A stretch of DNA of 64,000 nucleotides from Candidatus Bathyarchaeia archaeon (GTDB taxonomy: Archaea > Thermoproteota > Bathyarchaeia > Bathyarchaeales > Bathycorpusculaceae): assembly GCA_050010515.1 (NCBI GenBank), contig JBEKKX010000012.1, positions 1-64,000 on the forward strand, written 5' to 3'. The notes under the pieces are model-generated. The model did no database searches and was not told the DNA's origin. It saw nothing but the letters and a program-made list of their open reading frames with translations. The position numbers and the translations under genes are program-made. Positions 57,191-64,000 of this stretch are shown one piece after another. Position 1 is the first letter of the stretch, and every line of letters starts with the position of its first letter.

Positions 57191-59254
57191 ATGAAAATGC
57201 CCTCCATAGTCTTCACTCAAGAAACGCTTTCCCGCTTTGGCGAGGTTATGCGGAAGGAGTGGCTCATAACCAATGGGCTGGGCGGTTACGCATCAAGCAC
57301 TGTTTTAGGCATTAACACAAGGAAGTATCATGGATTATTGGTTGCCGCGTTGCATCCGCCCGGCGACCGCACAGTGTGTGTCTCAAAGCTTGACGAGGAT
57401 GTTTTGGTGGGTAATGATGTTTACCGGTTGGGTGCTAACGAGTTTCAGGATGTGATTTACCCGCAGGGATACAAGTTCCTAAAGGCATTTAGAGTAGCGC
57501 CTTTTCCCACGTACATTTACGGTTTTAACAGCATTGAGGTTAATAAAACGGTTTTTATGCCTAAAAACAAGAATGCTGTCTCAGTAATCTATAGGGTTTC
57601 TAACAAGAACAATTTCGAGGCTAAACTTAAAATCTACCCGATTTTAACGTGCAGATATTTTCACAAGGTCAAAGATAGATTGAAAAACCCTTTGGGCTTC
57701 ACTCAAAAAAGCATCGGCAAAGAGTTAGAAACAGCTTTCCAGAATCCAGAAGCCACAATCTTGTGCCGCTCAACTGACGGAGAGTTCAAGGAGAAAATCA
57801 ACTGGATAGAACGCTTATTCTATCGCACGGAAGCCTCAAGAGGCGAAGCCAGTAGTGACGATTGCTTCCAACCCGGATATTTTGAAGTTCAAGTTCCAGC
57901 TAAAGAAGAAAAAGAGTTTGCGGTAAGCTTCGCCGTAAACCATGAAAGCCAAACAGCAAGAGAAGCTCTGACTTCTGTCGGCGACACAATCGATGAAGTT
58001 AATGCTTCTTTCAATCAAGAATTAACACAGCAAAGCAATCTGCTGGAAAAATTTTATGGTTTACACCCTGAGGTTCCAATAAGCGATTGGTTAAACTGGA
58101 TTCTTTTAGCCGCAGACTCCTTCATAGTGAAGAATACCGCTGGCAGGAAAGCCGTCATTGCCGGGTACCACTGGTTTGAACCATGGGGCAGAGACACCTT
58201 CATTTCATTGCCTGGTCTTATGCTGGTTACTGGCAGATTTAGCGATGCAAAGGAAATACTTCAAAATTACATTCAATACAGCCGAAATGGGCTTATTCCA
58301 AATTTTGTAGGCGATAAGTCGGGTGAGCCAGCCTATAACACTGTTGACGCCACACTCTGGTATGTTAACGCTGTGCTTCAATACCTAAAATACACTGGGG
58401 ACTCCGCGTTTGTTCAAGAAAGGCTTTGGAAAAATCTCCAAGCAACAATTGATTATCATGAACGGGGCACTTTGTTTGGTATTCGTTTAGATTACGACGG
58501 CTTACTAATGCACGGTTCAAGGCTAACGTGGATGGATGCAGCAGTAGGCGGCAAAGAGATTACGCCAAGAGTTGGAAAAGCCGTGGAAATCCAAGCTTTA
58601 TGGTACAATACACTGCGAATAATGCAGTTGCTGGCAAACAACTTCGGCGAGAAAGCCTTAGCTGAAAAATACGCTGTGATGGCAGATAAAACCAGCATTA
58701 GCTTTAACGAAAAATTCTGGAACACCAACGCAGGTTGCCTCTTTGACGTTCTGGACACTAATGACGCTGATGCATCACTTCGCCCCAACCAGATTTTCGC
58801 CGTCTCATTGGATTTTAGCATGCTGGATAAAGACAAGGGCGCGCAAGTTGTCAACATGGTGAATCGTGAGTTGGTAACACCATATGGCTTGCGCACTTTA
58901 GCGTTAAATGACCCAAAGTTTGTCGGTAAATGCTTTGGCGATAGGTTAAGCAGAGACACCTCTTACCATAACGGAACCATTTGGCCTTGGCTGCTGGGGC
59001 CATTCATAACAGCATATTTGAAAATAAACGGCTACAGCACTGAATCACGCGAGTATGCAATGAAAAATCTTGTTTTGCCCCTATTCAGCAGCGGAATCAA
59101 CCAAGCAGGATTAGGCACATTAAGCGAAATATACGATTGCGATTCACCAAACACGCCGAGAGGCTGCATCTCGCAAGCATGGAGCGTCGCCGAGCCCCTC
59201 CGAGCTTACATAGAAGACGTGTTGCTGATCAAACCTAGATTTGTGTCTACTTAG
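57191..59254 (+). CDS. Glycogen debranching enzyme (amylo-alpha-1,6-glucosidase)
   Basis: EWLITNGLGGYAS, AGYHWF..WGRDTFISLPG, TWMDA, YHNGTIWPW, SQAWSVAE. Confidence 0.95.
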   Translation: MKMPSIVFTQETLSRFGEVMRKEWLITNGLGGYASSTVLGINTRKYHGLLVAALHPPGDRTVCVSKLDEDVLVGNDVYRLGANEFQDVIYPQGYKFLKAFRVAPFPTYIYGFNSIEVNKTVFMPKNKNAVSVIYRVSNKNNFEAKLKIYPILTCRYFHKVKDRLKNPLGFTQKSIGKELETAFQNPEATILCRSTDGEFKEKINWIERLFYRTEASRGEASSDDCFQPGYFEVQVPAKEEKEFAVSFAVNHESQTAREALTSVGDTIDEVNASFNQELTQQSNLLEKFYGLHPEVPISDWLNWILLAADSFIVKNTAGRKAVIAGYHWFEPWGRDTFISLPGLMLVTGRFSDAKEILQNYIQYSRNGLIPNFVGDKSGEPAYNTVDATLWYVNAVLQYLKYTGDSAFVQERLWKNLQATIDYHERGTLFGIRLDYDGLLMHGSRLTWMDAAVGGKEITPRVGKAVEIQALWYNTLRIMQLLANNFGEKALAEKYAVMADKTSISFNEKFWNTNAGCLFDVLDTNDADASLRPNQIFAVSLDFSMLDKDKGAQVVNMVNRELVTPYGLRTLALNDPKFVGKCFGDRLSRDTSYHNGTIWPWLLGPFITAYLKINGYSTESREYAMKNLVLPLFSSGINQAGLGTLSEIYDCDSPNTPRGCISQAWSVAEPLRAYIEDVLLIKPRFVST

Positions 59255-59398
59255 CTGGCTTTTGGCTTAGGGTATTTGTGTGTGCTCAGCCTACCTACTC
59301 GGTCTACTAGATGCTTCTAATATGCCCCAAATATGATTCAACATAGCACTGCATAGAAACTATTACGCGCGCTTTCAACATAGAAACGTGTTTTATTC
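59251..59398. repeat. Dispersed ~150-bp non-coding repeat, copy 2
   Basis: Homologous to 10464-10617, same orientation. Confidence 0.9.
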
Positions 59399-59478
59399 AT
59401 GTACTTTTTGGCACAATTAACATAGACTTTATTGTTAGATATTCAAATATGCTCCAAATAGGCTCTGAAGGAACAGTT

Positions 59479-60678
59479 TTAGTGGCGATGTTTTTTGAAG
59501 TAAACCAACAAACCAGCAACCACAACCACTGCTAATGCTCCTGAAACAGCGGCGACAGTTGCGGTTGGAATCGGTAAGGCTATGGTGAAAGTGATGGTTT
59601 GGGAAGCGCCTATGTCTCCAAAGGTGTCATTTGCGTAGACTGTAAGGTTATGCAAACCGTTCGTCATGTTAGTTAGGGTGGTGTTGCCTGTAATGGTTAC
59701 GTTTTGTTTCCCATCTAGACTATAACCCACCCAAGTAACGGCCTTATCTGTCGTGAAAACTAAAGGAACACTAGGCTTATCGTATGTCTGGTTTAGTGGC
59801 GCTAGAAGCGATATTTTCGGTGGAGTAGTCTCTAGTAAATAAGTGGCGCTGGTGAAGGGTTCCATAAGTGGGAATTGGTCCGTATTATTTACGTATACTA
59901 CATATGGCACATCGCCTATTCTCGAACTATCTATCTCGGTGGCATTAGGGTATACCGTCTTGTAGTCGCTCCAGTAGTTTCCGCCAAAAGGATAGCCATC
60001 ATCCCAAGTGTTCAGGGGAACTGTTTGGTAAAAAGCATATAACCCAGTGTCTATAGCCTGTATTGAGTTATTAACGAAGTTGTTATGGTAGATGATGTTA
60101 TTTGAACTCGAGTCAAAATCTATTCCTGCAAACGAACTGCCAGTAATGTTGTTCTGAACAATGATGTTCTGCACTGTTCCCAAGAGATATATGGCTAAGG
60201 TGTTGTTGAAGAGGTTATTACCCGTGATAATGTTTGAACTTCCGCCTATAACATTGATTCCACTGCTTGTCCCACTAAATGGGAGGGGGGAGTTATTTGC
60301 TGTTTGACTTATTGTGTTATTTGCTATGGTGGTTTTTGACGAATATGTCAAAGTAATGGCAGTCAAGCCACCTGTAATTGTAAAGTTTGTAATGGTTACG
60401 TTTGTAATTTCACCTACAATGACTCCGTCTGTTGCATGTCCATTTCCATCTAGTATAGTGTTATTTCTGAACACCGTGATGCTTCCAGCCGTATCGCTTG
60501 TCAAGGTGTAGATGTTGCCCTTTTGCTGAATAGGTGCTGTTGAAGGATTTATGCTGCCGTTAGCATTGATGGTAATATCGGTTTCGTTTTGATATTGAGC
60601 CTTAACGGGTAGAACATAAACCAAACCTAAAGCCATTAGGCATATGAGAATAAGGGCAAGAACGACGGTTTTTTTCAT
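59479..60678 (-). CDS. NosD-like right-handed beta-helix surface protein with Ig stalk and TM
   Basis: Signal peptide, N-rich parallel beta-helix repeats, GGNYWSDY, PLMEP, YSLDG.QNVTI, LLVYFKKH. Confidence 0.9.
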   Translation of the reverse strand: MKKTVVLALILICLMALGLVYVLPVKAQYQNETDITINANGSINPSTAPIQQKGNIYTLTSDTAGSITVFRNNTILDGNGHATDGVIVGEITNVTITNFTITGGLTAITLTYSSKTTIANNTISQTANNSPLPFSGTSSGINVIGGSSNIITGNNLFNNTLAIYLLGTVQNIIVQNNITGSSFAGIDFDSSSNNIIYHNNFVNNSIQAIDTGLYAFYQTVPLNTWDDGYPFGGNYWSDYKTVYPNATEIDSSRIGDVPYVVYVNNTDQFPLMEPFTSATYLLETTPPKISLLAPLNQTYDKPSVPLVFTTDKAVTWVGYSLDGKQNVTITGNTTLTNMTNGLHNLTVYANDTFGDIGASQTITFTIALPIPTATVAAVSGALAVVVVAGLLVYFKKHRH

Positions 60679-61967
60679 GTAAGTTCCCCTTCAATTATGC
60701 GGTGAGTCTTGGGCTTGTGTTTCTTGAAGTAGACCAGCAAACCAGCACCCACCACAACTACTGCTGATGTTCCCGAAGCAGCGGCAACAGGTACAGTCGG
60801 GAAAGGCTTTGAAAGCTCTGGCAATTCCACTCGGAAAGTAATGTTTTTTGAAGCACCAACGTTTCCGAATGTGTCATTAGCGTAAACTGTTAAACTATGC
60901 AAGCCACTTGTCATGTTAGCAATGGTGACATTAGTTACAGTATTACTATTTAGGGTAGTGTTGCCTCTTATGGTTACGTTCTGTTTCCCATCCAAACTAT
61001 AGCCCGCCCAATTAACCGTTTTATCAACAGAGAAAATTAGTGAAACACTGGAATCATTGTACGTCTGGTTTAACGGCGACAAAACAGATATTCTCGGTGG
61101 AGTAGTCTGTAGCAAATAAGTGGCGGCGGTGAAGGGTTCCATAAGCGGATATCGATCCTTGTTCTGTGAATCTATAACATACGGTGTATTGCCTATTCCT
61201 GAATTGTCTATCTCAACGGCGTTAGGGTACTTTGTCTGGTAGTCGCTCCAGTAGTTTCCGCCGCCCGGATAGCCATCGTCCCAAATATTAATTGAATTGG
61301 AACCGCTAGCCTGTTCTCCAATAGGATTGTAAAAGTTGTTGTGGTAAACCGTGTTATTCGAAGCGTTATCAAAAAACACGCCGGGACCATTTATGCCCCA
61401 AGGATTCGACATGTCCGTTAAACTGTTTCCAACAACGAAGTTGTTTTTGGTATTATAGAAATAAATAGCGTCTATGTTGTTTACCAAGTTGTTTCCAGAG
61501 ATAACGTTTGAACTCCCATCGTCGACATATACTCCAGCATACAGCCCCTGAGCATTCATTGCAAGAAGCGATCCCATTCCAGTTATTGTGTTATTGTCAA
61601 CTACAACGTCTGAAGTGCGGGTTAACGAAATACCAACTTGTTCATCCTGCAATCCTCCACTGCCAGCAATGTTAAAGTTTTCTACTGTCACATTTGATAC
61701 GCCATTCAAAAAGAGTTCACCAACTAAAGTGTAGCCTTGCCCATCAAATACAGCATTATTTCTCGATACCGATATGCTGCCATTAACGTTGCTTGTCAAC
61801 ACGTAGATATTGCCAGTGTGTTGAATGGGTGCTGTTGAAGGACTTACGCTGCCGTCAACATTGATGGTAATATCGCCTTGATACTGAGCTTTAACGGGTC
61901 GAATGCAAACCACTCCTAAAGCCATCAGGCATACGAGAATTAACGCAAGAACGACGGTTTTTTTCAT
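60675..61967 (-). CDS. NosD-like beta-helix surface protein (paralog)
   Basis: Same architecture, MKKTVVLALIL start, ATGA overlaps at both ends. Confidence 0.9.
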   Translation of the reverse strand: MKKTVVLALILVCLMALGVVCIRPVKAQYQGDITINVDGSVSPSTAPIQHTGNIYVLTSNVNGSISVSRNNAVFDGQGYTLVGELFLNGVSNVTVENFNIAGSGGLQDEQVGISLTRTSDVVVDNNTITGMGSLLAMNAQGLYAGVYVDDGSSNVISGNNLVNNIDAIYFYNTKNNFVVGNSLTDMSNPWGINGPGVFFDNASNNTVYHNNFYNPIGEQASGSNSINIWDDGYPGGGNYWSDYQTKYPNAVEIDNSGIGNTPYVIDSQNKDRYPLMEPFTAATYLLQTTPPRISVLSPLNQTYNDSSVSLIFSVDKTVNWAGYSLDGKQNVTIRGNTTLNSNTVTNVTIANMTSGLHSLTVYANDTFGNVGASKNITFRVELPELSKPFPTVPVAAASGTSAVVVVGAGLLVYFKKHKPKTHRIIEGELT

Positions 61968-62110
61968 GTGATTTGCCCTCGATGCATTGGTGCATTTGGC
62001 ACCCATGAATCCTCAGTAGCAGAATGCAAAGGTGGTATTCCAGCTGCCGCTAATAGTGACAATGCAAAAATGATGATTGCTAAGCTTGTTCTTCTAACAG
62101 TGGCTAACAT
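61964..62110 (-). pseudogene. Truncated Kelch surface-protein 5' end
   Basis: MLATVRRTSLAIIIFALSLLAAAG…EDSWVPNAPMH(RGQIT*): signal peptide plus start of first Kelch repeat (compare QSSWTTMTPMP in 41998-43617). Confidence 0.65.
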
Positions 62111-62404
62111 ACACCGCTGCCCACACAATACTTGCTATGCGCATGCTTATAGCTCTCCTCAGAGAACAGAGTGTTCCGCAAGAAGAACAGCCGAGAAAAA
62201 GAACAGGGACAAGCACTAAGGCTAACCCTTTACTCATACTTATCCAACTTTACCTAAGAAAAGGGTGGCGATAAAAAGGTTGCCAGAGAAATATAGTGTT
62301 GAGTTAAGTTAGGAAACCTTGACAAAGCAATCCTTCACTTAAATGCTTGTTAAACCTACTAAACACGGGAAATAACTGCAGTTCTGGAAGGAATTTATGA
62401 AAAC

Positions 62405-63445
62405 TTAGGGTTTTATTGCTTTTCTGAGGCTTTCAGCGGCGGTTTCTGGCGTGATTGTGTTTATGTATGTTCCTGTGCTTATCTCGAAGCCTGCCCAAAT
62501 TGACAGTTTGGGGTAAACTTCCAAGTGCCAATGGTAATAGTCTTGTGCTTCTTTGTTTAGGGCTAAGTGGAAACCGTAATTGTACGGTGGGTCATTCACT
62601 AAATCCTTTAAGCCTTTGAGACTTGCTTTGAGGGTTTTAGCAAACGCTGACACTTCAGCATCATCCAAGTCAAGGATGTTGGCGGCATGTTTTCTAGGCA
62701 TAATCCAGAACTCCATCGGGTTAATGCTTGCGTAAGGAGCAAAAACAATAAAATCTGAATCTTCGTAAACAAGCCTTGGACTTTTTGATTCTTGCTCGAT
62801 CATGTCGCAGAAAACACACTTGCCCTGTTTGCCGTAGAATACTTTACTTGCATCCAGCTCTTCTTGGATTATTACAGGAATGACGGGTGTCGCGATTACT
62901 TGACTATGCGCATGAGAAAGCGACGCACCTGCTAGCTGCCCATAGTTCCTAAAAATTGAGACATATTTGACGTATGGCTTTGCGCTTAACTCTCTGAGCC
63001 TATCAATATACGCATGGATAACCCGTTCCAACTGGGGCAGTTGAGCGTCAGCTGGGTCCTCATCATGATTTGGAGACTCAATTAAAACCTCATGATGCCC
63101 AATCGCATAGCTAAAACATTCGTTCATTAAGATTTCGGCTTCATCTTGGGGTTGTTTGGGTGGACTGAACGCTGGGTAAAGGTTTGGGATGCAGCGGACA
63201 AGCCAGTTTTTCGGGCGTTCGCCAACCAGCGGGTCCTTAGCCTTTTTTATTTCGCCATTCTCTTTCAAGTATAACATTAAGGCTGGCGGCGTCATGTTTT
63301 CGTTGCCAACGCACATTGGACAAACCGCGCTTTGGGCTGTTTCAGTTTTTTGTTTGGCAAAGTCGGTGGGTCTTCGGCTTCGTTCTGTCGCGATTACGAC
63401 CCAGCGGTTTAGTAAGTAATCTTTTCTCAGTTCATTGTATGGCAT
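62405..63445 (-). CDS. galT: Galactose-1-phosphate uridylyltransferase family (GalT/HIT)
   Basis: ELRKD, RSRRP, CPMC.GNE, PNLYP, AGASLSHAHSQ, CVFC, YHWH. Confidence 0.92.
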   Translation of the reverse strand: MPYNELRKDYLLNRWVVIATERSRRPTDFAKQKTETAQSAVCPMCVGNENMTPPALMLYLKENGEIKKAKDPLVGERPKNWLVRCIPNLYPAFSPPKQPQDEAEILMNECFSYAIGHHEVLIESPNHDEDPADAQLPQLERVIHAYIDRLRELSAKPYVKYVSIFRNYGQLAGASLSHAHSQVIATPVIPVIIQEELDASKVFYGKQGKCVFCDMIEQESKSPRLVYEDSDFIVFAPYASINPMEFWIMPRKHAANILDLDDAEVSAFAKTLKASLKGLKDLVNDPPYNYGFHLALNKEAQDYYHWHLEVYPKLSIWAGFEISTGTYINTITPETAAESLRKAIKP

Positions 63446-63664
63446 CTGTTAAGCACTCTGACAAACAAAGGCACTGAAACATTTTGGCATGACAATAGTT
63501 TTGATACTGAAATTTATTTATGTTACTAAGGTTATTTGTTCTCAACGGTAAATCTTTACTCCCTTCTTTAATCATGGCTTATCAAAATAAATCTTTTGCT
63601 GAGTATATCAGGGTATTTTACAGAATAGAAAGAAGCTTACATAATTTCTCAAAAGTCAAAAGCT

Positions 63665-63844
63665 TCAACGGTTGTGTTGTTGCCTACCAATTCTCAAAGC
63701 AAGAGCAAGCGCCAAAAATGCGAATATGACCAGCACAAAAAACATCCTAATATTTGAACTATACCATAAGAATATGAATCCTACCACCAAAAACAAGACA
63801 CAAGAACAAACCGCAATAAGTTTTGTGCGTAAGCTATCTTCCAT
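63665..63844 (-). CDS. 59-aa two-TM membrane microprotein
   Basis: MEDSLRTKLIAVCSCVLFLVVGFIFLWYSS…FFVLVIFAFLALALALRIGRQQHNR*, GAGGGG SD. Confidence 0.55.
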   Translation of the reverse strand: MEDSLRTKLIAVCSCVLFLVVGFIFLWYSSNIRMFFVLVIFAFLALALALRIGRQQHNR

Positions 63845-63884
63845 AACTTTTCCCCTCAGTTCTTCAATTCTACGCTATGCAGAT

Positions 63885-63998
63885 TTAAGACTTTTTGACT
63901 CCGAAGAAAACGAAGATTCCACCAACAACCATGAAAGCGATTGCGATAACAGCTTCTATTAAATAGTTATAGGCATGTGAAAACATATTTGTTACAGT
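63885..63998 (-). CDS. C-terminus of a membrane protein entering from the window edge
   Basis: …AYNYLIEAVIAIAFMVVGGIFVFFGVKKS*. Confidence 0.45.
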   Translation of the reverse strand, partial: TVTNMFSHAYNYLIEAVIAIAFMVVGGIFVFFGVKKS

Positions 63999-64000
63999 AA

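Noticed and set aside
62900-62930. GalT HAH instead of HPH
   Set aside because: The nucleophilic His and following Gln are retained; likely a benign variant

Overview
Archaeal chromosomal window, most likely Bathyarchaeia. This is inferred from archaeal rps12/rps7, P1/L12, Nop5/fibrillarin, an intron-containing tRNA-Trp, and many NosD, Kelch and PQQ-propeller surface proteins. Positions 1-11.5 kb are a patchwork of mobile-element debris (IS200 TnpA end with its hairpin, a cas1 fragment, palindromic GGGAT...ATCCC motifs with low-complexity arms, a tRNA-like scar) around an MgtA P-type ATPase and a group 3b [NiFe] sulfhydrogenase operon with fused beta-gamma subunits. Two tandem PQQ-propeller surface genes with constant ends and a variable middle follow. 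The rest is mostly housekeeping and carbohydrate genes, plus a decayed 3-kb islet integrated at a two-intron tRNA-Trp. The best candidate for an undescribed system is a winged-helix + ATP-cone + class III ribonucleotide reductase fusion that lacks the glycyl-radical motif and the expected catalytic cysteines, possibly a nucleotide-sensing transcription factor built from a dead RNR. All assignments are by eye; no searches were run.
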